A stretch of DNA of 52,126 nt from a virus (lineage: Duplodnaviria; Caudoviricetes), in IMG/VR virus record IMGVR_UViG_3300048599_000179, positions 1-52,126 of that record; one strand, 5' to 3'. The position numbers and the translations under genes are program-made. Below the pieces are notes generated by a model. The model had not been told where the DNA came from, made no database searches, and saw only the letters and a list, made by a program, of their open reading frames with translations. Below are positions 24,776-33,550 of the stretch, piece by piece. Position 1 is the stretch's first letter; each line of letters starts with the position of its first letter.

Positions 24776-25107
24776 CACACAAAGATGATGGCATCAAATT
24801 TACGCGGGGGCCTTGGTGTTACGCGGGGCGTCTCGGATTCGGACATCTGATCTACCCCAACATCGCCGTCGCATATGGCGGGGAAGCCAGCGGGCGAGCT
24901 GAGCATGGCGAAGCCAATGCCCGCCTGATCGCAGCCGCTCCCGATATGTTCGAGGCGCTGAGCCGCTGGGTCGATCTGGCCGAGACCGCGATCCGCGAGC
25001 TTGGCATAGAGCCCCACCCCGATGAGCGAAAATGTCTCGACCTCGCGCGTAACGCGCTCACTAAGGCCCGCGCCACCCCTGTCTCTGATACCGGGGGTGA
25101 AGAATGA
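24772..25107 (+). CDS. Phage protein with T.GPW / ANARLIAAAP motif
   Basis: FTRGPW...EANARLIAAAPDMFEAL, a common phage family. Confidence 0.7.
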   Translation: MTHKDDGIKFTRGPWCYAGRLGFGHLIYPNIAVAYGGEASGRAEHGEANARLIAAAPDMFEALSRWVDLAETAIRELGIEPHPDERKCLDLARNALTKARATPVSDTGGEE

Positions 25108-25409
25108 CGGCTCCCGCACCTACGCCTACAAAGTACGTTGCTGCACGCATGCTCGGTCGCTGCGCCAACGGCAACGAGGCAGACGGTGGGCACCTGTATC
25201 ACGCGATACGCGAGGATCGGCTGTCCTGGGCAGCCGTTTGCGGCGCGACGCCTGGCCGCCGCTCAGCAGGCTGGTCGGATTACCCTGACAGCCTGCGGCC
25301 CATCGAAAACGTGACATGCGCCCGTTGCAAGCGGGCGATGGAAATGTTCGGTGTGCTCAGGCGCCGCGCCCCGCGCACTGAGGGATCTGACACCGGGGGT
25401 GCGCCATGA
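25104..25409 (+). CDS. Hypothetical Zn-binding protein
   Basis: H.....CG.....VTCARC. Confidence 0.65.
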   Translation: MTAPAPTPTKYVAARMLGRCANGNEADGGHLYHAIREDRLSWAAVCGATPGRRSAGWSDYPDSLRPIENVTCARCKRAMEMFGVLRRRAPRTEGSDTGGAP

Positions 25410-25651
25410 GGCTCGAAGTCTCGGACGTCCGCCTTTCCAGCGAGTTCGCCAAGATGGCGAAGGCGTGTAAGGCGCCCCTTCCGTGGGACGTTGACGCTCT
25501 CGGTCGCGTGCACGACGCGCGCGGGTTGGTCATCTGTGAACTCGACATCGCTGGCGAGCGCGACAGGATCGCCGCTGCGCATCTCATCGTCCTCGCGGTC
25601 AACACCTGCGGCGGGTTCAAGGCGGTTTCTGATACCGGGGGTGCGAAGTGA
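25406..25651 (+). CDS. Hypothetical protein
   Basis: PLPW...A.LIV.AVN; ATGA-coupled. Confidence 0.65.
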   Translation: MRLEVSDVRLSSEFAKMAKACKAPLPWDVDALGRVHDARGLVICELDIAGERDRIAAAHLIVLAVNTCGGFKAVSDTGGAK

Positions 25652-25893
25652 CACAGCACGAACTATTGGGCCGAGACGTTTTGGACCTCATCGCCGCCGT
25701 CGAGGCCAAGACCGGCGAGCCGAACGCGCAGCTTACGTTGCTTTCGTCCGCTATCGCGCTCGTGGCGATCCGCCACGGCATTCGCGAGCAGGACCTGCTG
25801 CGCGGCATGGGACAGGCGTTCCGGCAGGCCGTGCGCAAAGCTCCGAATTTCGCGAACAAATACGGCACCCCGCGCACTGAGGGAGAGAGCTGA
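25648..25893 (+). CDS. Hypothetical protein
   Basis: GTGA-coupled. Confidence 0.6.
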   Translation: MTQHELLGRDVLDLIAAVEAKTGEPNAQLTLLSSAIALVAIRHGIREQDLLRGMGQAFRQAVRKAPNFANKYGTPRTEGES

Positions 25894-26147
25894 TGTGGTC
25901 ACCGGACATGGTGAGCTTTGATTTGGCCGTCCACTTTGTCGAGCGCACGCTCGTCGCGTCAGGCTCAATATCAAACGGTCCTCTGATGCTCCGCAAGGCG
26001 CACGAGGCCGCCGTTGCAGCAGCCGTCCTGGCCGAGCGCGAGGCGTGCGCAAAGGTGATCGAGGATTGGCCGACCTGGGACGTATGGAGATCCGAAGGCG
26101 CCGCCGCCATCCGCGCCCGCTATAAGGACGGAGGCGGTCATGGCTAA
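25893..26147 (+). CDS. Hypothetical protein (EREACA...AAAIRAR family)
   Basis: AEREACAKV...AAAIRAR motif. Confidence 0.65.
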   Translation: MWSPDMVSFDLAVHFVERTLVASGSISNGPLMLRKAHEAAVAAAVLAEREACAKVIEDWPTWDVWRSEGAAAIRARYKDGGGHG

Positions 26148-26394
26148 GGCAGCCCGCAGTAAATACCGCCCAAAGCAGGATGATCCCCGCATGACAGAGC
26201 CGCGACCTTACAACCTCGCCGATCCGGCCGAAGTCGATCGGTTGCACCATGAACTGCAGGGCTACATGCGCGTCAGCCTCCAGGACGGCACCGACACCGA
26301 GGGTCGCGCGCACGCCTACGCCGCGCTCTGCGAACTCAATCGTCGCAAGGCCCGCCCCACCGCTCCGAAGGCAGATGTGGGAGGTGAGGCGTGA
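26140..26394 (+). CDS. Hypothetical protein
   Basis: GGAGG RBS; coupled gene. Confidence 0.6.
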   Translation: MAKAARSKYRPKQDDPRMTEPRPYNLADPAEVDRLHHELQGYMRVSLQDGTDTEGRAHAYAALCELNRRKARPTAPKADVGGEA

Positions 26395-26675
26395 GCAAAG
26401 CATTCATCGCGATTGTTGAGACCCCACTGGGCGTCTGGGAGAGCACGGCGGCTGTATGCACCGGGCGCGAAGCCGAGTATCGGGCTAAGCAGTGGGCAAA
26501 GTCCAAATTCGCGCGGGAGATCCTGCCGCCCTTCATCGAGAAGGGCATCGACACCGTCGTGGAATCCGTGTGGCGCGCCGCGACCAACAACGGCTGTCGC
26601 CTCATCGTGCGCGAAATCGAAATTGAGCCGTACCGCCCCAGTCCCGCTCCTAAGGACGGAGGGGCCGATGTTTGA
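26391..26675 (+). CDS. Hypothetical protein
   Basis: GGAGG RBS; GTGA overlap. Confidence 0.6.
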   Translation: MSKAFIAIVETPLGVWESTAAVCTGREAEYRAKQWAKSKFAREILPPFIEKGIDTVVESVWRAATNNGCRLIVREIEIEPYRPSPAPKDGGADV

Positions 26676-26829
26676 GGGACCGCCCCTGAGCCAAAACAAG
26701 AAGGCACTCCTTAAGATCATCGCTGAGCGCACGGAGAGCGCGCGGGGCGATCACAACCGCGAAACGCACGCGACGCTCCTAGCCCTCCTCCGCGCTTTGT
26801 CCAACGGATCTCAGGAGGGGGTTGCCTAA
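26668..26829 (+). CDS. Hypothetical protein (53 aa)
   Basis: GGAGGGG RBS; MFEGPPLSQNKK... Confidence 0.55.
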   Translation: MFEGPPLSQNKKALLKIIAERTESARGDHNRETHATLLALLRALSNGSQEGVA

Positions 26830-27071
26830 TGCGAGTTTCCCTCGATGGGTTTGTCTCAAGCACGTGCTCTGCGCTGAAGTGCAGCCGTGACAGCCATGGC
26901 GCGAGCTTCGCCTACATCCTTGAGGGATTGCGCGACGACATCAGCGCAGTCGTCAGGGGCGAGAAGACAATCGAACAGTTTGCGGAATTTTGGTGCGTAA
27001 AGCCCGCCCGCACAGAAGCCGCAACGAACGCCTTGTCCGCCCGTGACCAGCAAGACGGAGGCGGGGGATGA
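26829..27071 (+). CDS. Hypothetical protein
   Basis: TAATG coupling. Confidence 0.6.
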   Translation: MRVSLDGFVSSTCSALKCSRDSHGASFAYILEGLRDDISAVVRGEKTIEQFAEFWCVKPARTEAATNALSARDQQDGGGG

Positions 27072-27508
27072 CGACAATCAGCGCAACCGATATCGCGGGC
27101 AACATCATCAAGCGCGTTGCGGAGTTGCCTGACAGAAGCAGCCCCGACTATTGGCCCGACGCCATGCTCGTGACCGCCGACGAGTTGAAGTTCATTCTCC
27201 TCTCTGAGTTTTCCGAGCATAGCATGATGTCCAACCCGGGAGTCATTGCCGACGCGCAAGCGGCTATCGCGATTTCAGACGGCGTGGCCAAGCTGAAGGC
27301 CGATCTTCAGACGGCGTTTTCAAGCGGGATTGAACACGCAGCCAAGCTGATCGACCGCAAGCTAGCCGACTACACCTCCGAACACGGGTCATTCGATCCA
27401 GAGACCGGCGCAACCGAGTTCTCTCGCTCCGGCGAGGAGTATGTCTCCACGCTCGAAGAATTGGCTGAAGAGATCCGCCTCGCCCGCACTGAAGGAGGAC
27501 AGGGGTGA
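27068..27508 (+). CDS. Hypothetical mosaic protein
   Basis: VAELPDRSSP..WP.AMLVT..EL N-terminal module. Confidence 0.65.
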   Translation: MTTISATDIAGNIIKRVAELPDRSSPDYWPDAMLVTADELKFILLSEFSEHSMMSNPGVIADAQAAIAISDGVAKLKADLQTAFSSGIEHAAKLIDRKLADYTSEHGSFDPETGATEFSRSGEEYVSTLEELAEEIRLARTEGGQG

Positions 27509-27810
27509 TGGAACACGAACTGAAAACGCTTCCCGCCTACTACGAACCCGTGTCTCGGGGCGAGAAGACATTCGAAGTGCGGCGCGACGACCGAGGGTTT
27601 CAGAAAGGCGACACGCTGGTCCTTCGCGAATTCCTGCGGTTCCCGCCAGGACTCACGCAATACGAACGCGAGCGCAATCAGTACACCGGCCGCTCCGTGC
27701 GCTGCAAAGTTCTGTGGGTGCTCACGGGCGGTCAATTCGGCATCGAGCCCGGCTACGTTGTCATGGCCATTGAAGCCGACCGTCTCTCTACTCAGGAAGG
27801 GGGACTGTGA
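27505..27810 (+). CDS. DUF3850 / ASCH-like domain protein
   Basis: HELK..P.YY..V..G.K.FE.R.DDR.FQ.GD.L.LRE...YTGR...GYVVM. Confidence 0.85.
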   Translation: MMEHELKTLPAYYEPVSRGEKTFEVRRDDRGFQKGDTLVLREFLRFPPGLTQYERERNQYTGRSVRCKVLWVLTGGQFGIEPGYVVMAIEADRLSTQEGGL

Positions 27811-28217
27811 TGGCATTCGCTGAACGAACAAAAGTCCCCGCGAACCAATCCCGGGGAGAAATCGAAGCTCTCCTTGTCAAATACAAGGCCACCTCGGTCG
27901 CCGTTTTCAACTCGGCGGACCAAGCCGCCATCGCTTTCGAGATGGAGGGGCGCCGGATCATATTTCGGCTCGCTCTCCCCAAAGGAACCGACCAGAAAGC
28001 AGAGCAAGAGAAGCGCCGCAAGTGGCGCGCCCTACTGCTTTCCATAAAGGCGAAGCTCGCATCTATCGAAGACGGCATTGAGAGTTTCGAAGACGCCTTC
28101 CTCTCGCACATTGTGATGCCTGACGGCATGACCGTTGGCGAGCACACGCGCCCAAGAATTCAGTCTGCGTACCAGGACAACAAAATGACGCCGCTCCTGC
28201 CGGGACCGAAAAAATGA
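27807..28217 (+). CDS. Conserved phage hypothetical protein
   Basis: A..T.V...SR.EIE..L..Y...WRAL.L.IKAKL.....GI..FE.AFL..I..PDG. Confidence 0.75.
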   Translation: MMAFAERTKVPANQSRGEIEALLVKYKATSVAVFNSADQAAIAFEMEGRRIIFRLALPKGTDQKAEQEKRRKWRALLLSIKAKLASIEDGIESFEDAFLSHIVMPDGMTVGEHTRPRIQSAYQDNKMTPLLPGPKK

Positions 28218-28474
28218 AACAGATCAGCTACGACACATACCTCAAGGCGCTCGCACTTTTCGTAATGGCTGCGGAGAAATACCAAGAAGCACAAGCGTTT
28301 CAAATCGCGCTTGGAAATACACTTGGGTACCCCAAGGACGAGACCTATTTTGGCTTCTTGAGCGACGTCACTTACGACACCCCATCCATTCGCGCCTTTG
28401 AGGAGGCGCTACGGAAAGAAGGCTTCGAGGTTGCGTCGAGTCCCCTCTCACCGGAGGGCACCAATCGTGGCTAG
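28214..28474 (+). CDS. Hypothetical protein
   Basis: ATGA-coupled. Confidence 0.55.
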   Translation: MKQISYDTYLKALALFVMAAEKYQEAQAFQIALGNTLGYPKDETYFGFLSDVTYDTPSIRAFEEALRKEGFEVASSPLSPEGTNRG

Positions 28475-28769
28475 GACCTGCCCGACCTGCGACGGCGAGA
28501 AAATCGTGTTCGTCTTTGCAGACGGTCACCGCGCCGATGGATCGCCGTTTCACGATAACGGCCCGCGCAATTGTTGCACCTGCGCCGGCACGGGCGAGAT
28601 CACCGACGAGCACGCCGAGCGCATCACTGAAGGACAGCGGATGCGTCTAGAGAGGATCGGCAACGGTCTCACATTACGCGAAGCCGCCCACCTGGCCGGG
28701 ACAACACCAGCCAAGTTGTCGGCCCTTGAACAAGGTCGGATTCCGGAGGGCACCGCAGATGCAGAGTGA
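28467..28769 (+). CDS. Zn-finger plus XRE HTH protein
   Basis: CPTCDG...CCTCAGTG then GLTLREAA...LS.LEQG. Confidence 0.7.
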   Translation: MARTCPTCDGEKIVFVFADGHRADGSPFHDNGPRNCCTCAGTGEITDEHAERITEGQRMRLERIGNGLTLREAAHLAGTTPAKLSALEQGRIPEGTADAE

Positions 28770-29748
28770 GACGCCATCGATCCGAATTTTCAACTGCGAC
28801 GTGATGGACGGCCTCGCTCAGCTTTCCGACCAGAGCGTTGATTGCGTCGTCACCAGCCCGCCCTATTGGGGGCTGCGCGACTACGGCGTGGCGGGCCAGA
28901 TTGGGATTGAACCCTCGCCTGAAGCATTCATCGCCCGAATGGTCGAGGTCTTCAATGAGGTGCGCCGCGTGCTCAGGGACGATGGCACGCTGTGGCTCAA
29001 CATCGGGGACACATACAGAGATAAGCAGCTTGTCGGCGTTCCATGGCGAACCGCTCTCGCGTTGCAAGCTGACGGTTGGCTCCTGCGCTCAGAAATCATA
29101 TGGGACAAAGCTGCCCACAAGCCAGAACGTGTTCGAGACCGCCCAACGAATTCGCACGAGCGCTTCTTTCTCTTCAGCAAGAAGCCGCGCTACTTCTACG
29201 ATGCTGATGCTGTCGCAATGCCATCTGCTAGTTCACAGGGGCGTCCTCAGCGTGCCCGCGCGGAGGAGATCGCGAAGCAGTCTGGCCTTACTGAGGAACA
29301 CCTAGCGGCAATTCGATCTGTTGGGATCACCGATGTTGGAAAGGCGCGGGAAACACAATCTGGCGTTGGGCGCAATCGTCCGGAAGTCCAGGCGTTGGCA
29401 GACGAAGCGAAGGCCGTTCTCAAAGGTTACTTCCGTGAATTCCTAATTGGCGACACGGTCAATATGCGGAGCGTTTGGAAGGTAAAATCTACGACGTATC
29501 CCGGCGTGCATACAGCAGTGTTTCCACCTGCGCTCATCGAACCGTGCATTAAGGCTGGGTGCCCTGTAGGCGGAACCGTCCTTGATCCCTTCGGCGGCGC
29601 CGGGACAACCGCACTCGTTGCGAAGCATCTGAAACGCAACGCAGTTCTGATCGAGCTAAATCCAGAATACGCAGCGATGGCGGAGCGTCGAATTGACGAT
29701 GCGCAGCCGCAGGAACTTTTCGACCTGACGGAGACAGTCGATGCTTAA
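28759..29748 (+). CDS. DNA methyltransferase, N4/N6 beta class
   Basis: Motif IV VTSPPY near the N-terminus, H.A.FP, motif I VLDPFGGAGT near the C-terminus; no adjacent restriction nuclease. Confidence 0.93.
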   Translation: MQSETPSIRIFNCDVMDGLAQLSDQSVDCVVTSPPYWGLRDYGVAGQIGIEPSPEAFIARMVEVFNEVRRVLRDDGTLWLNIGDTYRDKQLVGVPWRTALALQADGWLLRSEIIWDKAAHKPERVRDRPTNSHERFFLFSKKPRYFYDADAVAMPSASSQGRPQRARAEEIAKQSGLTEEHLAAIRSVGITDVGKARETQSGVGRNRPEVQALADEAKAVLKGYFREFLIGDTVNMRSVWKVKSTTYPGVHTAVFPPALIEPCIKAGCPVGGTVLDPFGGAGTTALVAKHLKRNAVLIELNPEYAAMAERRIDDAQPQELFDLTETVDA

Positions 29749-29783
29749 GAGCGAACCCCGTGCGAACGCGGGAGGCACCGCAG

Positions 29784-30014
29784 ATGGCTGATACCCGCCG
29801 CCGCGGCCTCTCCGATCCATGGAAGGCAACCTTGCGAGCCGTGATGCCGAAGGGGCCGTTCTCGCTCGATGACATCGCCTTCGCGTACCCATCGGCAACG
29901 CGCCATCAGATCCGCTCTCGTGTTCATCAGTTCTGCAACAGCGGGCATTTACAGCACGTCGGAGAGGGCAGGTACGACCTGACCCCGCGCGGCATCGAAG
30001 CAATCATGGATTGA
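29784..30014 (+). CDS. Small wHTH-like protein
   Basis: GGAGG RBS; ...GHL.HV.EGRY.LTPRG. Confidence 0.55.
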   Translation: MADTRRRGLSDPWKATLRAVMPKGPFSLDDIAFAYPSATRHQIRSRVHQFCNSGHLQHVGEGRYDLTPRGIEAIMD

Positions 30015-30024
30015 GGCAACGCAG

Positions 30025-30336
30025 ATGGCTGAGACACCCGCCCCGACTGCTGAGCAGCTTATTGAGCAAATTGCGTCTGTGGCCAAAGCCGTGGGCTGGC
30101 AAGCGAACGTTGGCGCAAGCGAGATCGCCGGACAAATCGTGTCACGGCTGGCAAGGGAACCGAGCCTTATCGCACGCTTCATGCTGGAAGGGTCCGGCAT
30201 GATGATCGATGGCGAGTTCGCCCAGGAGCGAGGCTCCCTCACTTACATGGCCGCCAACGGCAATGTCTACAGCCCTGAGTTCCTCGCGGCTCACATCCAG
30301 GTTCAGAAAATCAAGCGCAACGAGGGCATCAGATGA
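30025..30336 (+). CDS. Hypothetical protein
   Basis: GAGG RBS; clean ORF. Confidence 0.6.
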   Translation: MAETPAPTAEQLIEQIASVAKAVGWQANVGASEIAGQIVSRLAREPSLIARFMLEGSGMMIDGEFAQERGSLTYMAANGNVYSPEFLAAHIQVQKIKRNEGIR

Positions 30337-31430
30337 CCATGCCTAACCCTGCAGCAGAGGTAGTGGCCTATCTTCGCGAAGAGGCCGACTTCAATCGTTC
30401 TTGGACCGATGGCAGGCGCGGTCCTCCTTTTGGTGCTGACGCTGGCTATATAGCTCGACGAAAGGAGCTGGCAAATCAGCGTGACAACTGGGCAAACGAG
30501 ATCGAACGCCTCTCCCGAGAGCGTGACACCGCACTTGCAATTGAGCGCGACCCGACTTCGAGCGAACGTGTCTGCGCTCTGATGGACGCGCAATATATGG
30601 CCGGGGCAAAGGCTGGCTGGAACGCGTCCCAATCGGAAGACCCGGAAGCTGCCTACGCAGCCCTTGGGAAATCCCGCGACGGCTATGTGAAGGTTCTCAT
30701 CGAGACGCGCTCCCCTGCCGTCTCCCGAGAGCGTGACACAGGAGTGCCGGAGGGGTGGCGTTCTCCTGGCGATCTTCCGGAACTAAAAGATGGCGAGAGG
30801 TTCGCGGCTTATCTTGCCTTCGATACAGGGGAAGTAAAACTCGCTGACTGGACCGCGTGGACAGATTACGGCTCTGAGTACCACGGCAGCACTGGCGTTT
30901 ATCTCGGACAATATGCCCAAGATGGCGACGCCCTGTACATGACCGACGACGGCTTCGAGGTGCGAAAAGACAGCGACGAACGCTGGTTTGCCGAGAAGCA
31001 TTTCGATGATGGCACCAAGACGCCGTTTTACGTCACCGGATGGATCGAGGCGCTGAAACCTATTCCCGCTCCGCCCGGCTCCGCCGCTCCGCAACCTCCC
31101 TCAGTCTCCGATCAAGCGGGAGAGATCGAACGCTGGCAGCACATCGCGAAGCAGGGCCTCGCGAAATGCACTCCCGAGCACACCTGGGCTGAATGGGTTG
31201 CGGATCGAAACGCAGAGAATGACCGCCTCTCAGCAGAGCTTGTAGAGGCGAGGAAGGAGCTGGAGCCGTTCGCGACTTTCGCCGCCAACGTCGACGAGAA
31301 CGGCTGGACATCGAACATTCACCGCGAGCAGATTTCAACGTGGTTCGGCCCAAGTGATTTCCGCCGAGCCCGCGCCGCCCTCTCCCCAAAGAAGGATACA
31401 GACACACCAGAGACGGGAGACAGCACATGA
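30333..31430 (+). CDS. Mosaic protein (Ea22-like position) upstream of xis
   Basis: EIERL/SRERDT repeats, VPEGW and PAPP linkers. Confidence 0.7.
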   Translation: MTMPNPAAEVVAYLREEADFNRSWTDGRRGPPFGADAGYIARRKELANQRDNWANEIERLSRERDTALAIERDPTSSERVCALMDAQYMAGAKAGWNASQSEDPEAAYAALGKSRDGYVKVLIETRSPAVSRERDTGVPEGWRSPGDLPELKDGERFAAYLAFDTGEVKLADWTAWTDYGSEYHGSTGVYLGQYAQDGDALYMTDDGFEVRKDSDERWFAEKHFDDGTKTPFYVTGWIEALKPIPAPPGSAAPQPPSVSDQAGEIERWQHIAKQGLAKCTPEHTWAEWVADRNAENDRLSAELVEARKELEPFATFAANVDENGWTSNIHREQISTWFGPSDFRRARAALSPKKDTDTPETGDST

Positions 31431-31458
31431 CCCCTGTGTGGATGAGGGAGACTGACGT

Positions 31459-31794
31459 ATGAGCGACCTTCGCATTTCAGACATTGCTGATCTCACCGGC
31501 TTTTCCATGCGCTACTGGCAGCGCCGGGCGTCCGCTGGCGACATTCCAGGAACGCGCGTGGTAAAGCTGGGCGAGCGCCGCACCTACCTCGTTGACGCGG
31601 ACAAGTTCTCGAAGTGGTGGCGCGCCCAGCAGGAGGAGGTGAAGCCATGTCAAAAAATCCCCGGAATCTCCGGAGGCGGGGCGGTGTCTGGTGGTATCGG
31701 ATCACCAAGGGCGGGACGACATTCGAGGGGTCGCTTCAAACCCCAGACGTTGGAGTCGCTAAAGAACGACTTAAAGGTGTCCGTCGAGAACTAA
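31459..31794 (+). CDS. xis: Excisionase-like HTH protein
   Basis: ISDIADLTGFSMRYW.R....G.IPG...LG; precedes and overlaps int. Confidence 0.65.
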   Translation: MSDLRISDIADLTGFSMRYWQRRASAGDIPGTRVVKLGERRTYLVDADKFSKWWRAQQEEVKPCQKIPGISGGGAVSGGIGSPRAGRHSRGRFKPQTLESLKNDLKVSVEN

Positions 31795-32726
31795 CCGCCA
31801 CACGGTACGGCGAGAAGCCCAGGCGAACCTTCGATGAAGCCGCCCGGCGTTTTGCGAAAGAGCACTTCCCTACCCTGCGTCAGAAAAGTCGCCTGCGTTA
31901 TTCCGTGAGCCTGCGTGCCCTGGCCGATCATTTCCACGGGGTCTATCTCGATGATGTTGGTTCCGCAAAGCTTGGGGATTTTGAGCGTGCCCGTCTGGGG
32001 GCTGGCGTGACGACGACGACCGTGCGCCGCGACTTAGCTTGCCTCTCGTCGCTCTACTCGCGCGCCGAGGAATGGGAGTGGGTCACAAGCAACCCCGTTA
32101 AGCCCTACAAGCGCGGGCGGGCCAAGGCCGGACTCAAGGAGGGACCGGCGCGCACCAGGTACCTGTCCATTCAGGAGGAGGAGGCCATCCTCCCTCTACT
32201 TCCGCCCAAGGCAAAAGATGCCGTGGCCTTCGCCATCGATACCGGACTCCGGAAGGAGGAGCAGTTTTCGCTAGAACTCACAGACATCAACCTGGATGAG
32301 AGAGAGATAACTGTTCGCGCTGAGGTTGCTAAAACAGGTGTCGAGAGGCGGGTTCCTCTGCTCGACCGGGCCTTAGCCATCGCTATCAAATTGTCAGCGA
32401 ATCGCGTGGGGCGAGTGCCGCTGTTCGTAACCGCCAAAGGAAAGCGCTACAGCGCGAATAGCCCGACGATGTACGAGGCGCTTCAGAAGGGCTGTCGCAG
32501 GGCTGGCGTGGCTAGGTGCTCATGGCATGACTTGCGTAGAACCGCGGGTTGTAGGCTCCTGCAGGAGCATGGATTTTCAATGCAGGAAGTTTCCCTATGG
32601 CTCGGCCATTCCGATATACGCGTTACACAGCAGCGCTATGCGTTTTTGCGAATAACCGACCTGCATAGGGCCCTTGGCCGGCCATCTAACGTGGTTGCTC
32701 TCAGACGGAGGACAGATGACAAGTGA
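31647..32726 (+). CDS. int: Tyrosine integrase
   Basis: AGGAGGAGG RBS; catalytic TGLRKEE, AKT, HDLRR, LGHS and RYA. Confidence 0.95.
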   Translation: MSKNPRNLRRRGGVWWYRITKGGTTFEGSLQTPDVGVAKERLKGVRRELTATRYGEKPRRTFDEAARRFAKEHFPTLRQKSRLRYSVSLRALADHFHGVYLDDVGSAKLGDFERARLGAGVTTTTVRRDLACLSSLYSRAEEWEWVTSNPVKPYKRGRAKAGLKEGPARTRYLSIQEEEAILPLLPPKAKDAVAFAIDTGLRKEEQFSLELTDINLDEREITVRAEVAKTGVERRVPLLDRALAIAIKLSANRVGRVPLFVTAKGKRYSANSPTMYEALQKGCRRAGVARCSWHDLRRTAGCRLLQEHGFSMQEVSLWLGHSDIRVTQQRYAFLRITDLHRALGRPSNVVALRRRTDDK

Positions 32727-33330
32727 CCTAATTGGCGCACGCTTCGCGTGGCTGACCGTCATTTCATATGAGATCGATCCGCATCGGAAACGTGGCATGC
32801 TTACTTGTCGTTGCGACTGCGGTCGGATGACCGTCGTCAGAAAGGGCAGCATTACGAGCGGCGGCACGATCTCCTGCGGTTGCCGCCGGGGCAAAAACTC
32901 GAGACACGGTATGAAGGGCACGCCGGAGTACATGGCGTACGATGCTGCGCGGCAACGGTGCCGGCGGCGGTCCCACAGCCAGTACCGGAACTATGGCGGC
33001 CGCGGCATCGAGTTTAGGTTCGACAACTTCGAGCAATTCTTCTCGGAGATAGGAGCGCGCCCGGACCCGTCGTTTTCTCTCGATCGCATTGACGTCAACG
33101 GACACTACGAGACCGGAAACGTCCGATGGGCTGCACTCGAAATGCAGATGAACAACCGCCGAGACAACGTTCGCCTGGTTCTGGACGGCCGCGAGATGAC
33201 CATGGCGCAGTGGAGTCGGTCTCTAGACATACCCTATCAGACGATCAAGGCGCGCCATGCCAAAGGGTGGCCGGTTGCGGAAGTTTTGGACTGCAGGAAG
33301 GTACAAAACAAGGGACAATCTGGCGATTGA
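32716..33330 (+). CDS. HNH-type homing endonuclease
   Basis: G.RF..LTV, CRCDCG, SCGC, YGGRGI, SLDRIDVNG.YE..NVRWA...Q.NN. Confidence 0.85.
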   Translation: MTSDLIGARFAWLTVISYEIDPHRKRGMLTCRCDCGRMTVVRKGSITSGGTISCGCRRGKNSRHGMKGTPEYMAYDAARQRCRRRSHSQYRNYGGRGIEFRFDNFEQFFSEIGARPDPSFSLDRIDVNGHYETGNVRWAALEMQMNNRRDNVRLVLDGREMTMAQWSRSLDIPYQTIKARHAKGWPVAEVLDCRKVQNKGQSGD

Positions 33331-33512
33331 CTGGAATAACCGCAGCAAATCATATAGATTCCACCATGGTCTGCGATCTGCAAATCCGCGTACCCCGGTT
33401 CAATTCCGGGCGTGGCCTCCATCACTTTCTAAGCAGATCAACGACTTGACCAGAAGCGAGACGCGCCATTCGCGTCCTGCGCGCGGTTCGCGTTGGGACA
33501 ATTCTTGGGACA
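33300..33512 (+). mobile_element. attP region: core identical in form to the 3' half of tRNA-Cys(GCA), with arm-type repeats
   Basis: 33378-33421 reads CTGCAAATCCGCGTACCCCGGTTCAATTCCGGGCGTGGCCTCCA (anticodon loop, T-arm, acceptor, CCA) with no 5' half. GG(G/T)ACA pairs spaced 12 bp at 33300/33312 and 33495/33507; IHF-like GATCAACGACTTG at 33436. Confidence 0.85.
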
Positions 33513-33550
33513 CCCGTAAGTGCTCTGTTCTCTAGGAGAGGTGGGAAGAG

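Larger units (their letters stand above)
25084..30335 (+). repeat. Families of short boundary repeats at gene junctions
   Basis: TCTGA(T/C)ACCGGGGGTG x3; CCCCGCGCACTGAGGGA x2; CCCGCT(A/CC)TAAGGACGGAGG x2; CCGGAGGGCACC x2; GGCA(C/A)CGCAGATG x3. Confidence 0.85.

Noticed and set aside
25084-30335. Integron attC sites
   Set aside because: The junction repeats are short direct repeats with no GTTRRRY/RYYYAAC palindromic structure, and the integrase shows no obvious IntI-specific features.
33350-33421. Complete tRNA-Cys gene
   Set aside because: Only the anticodon loop through CCA is present. The upstream bases cannot form the 5' acceptor strand or D-arm, so it is treated as the attP core.
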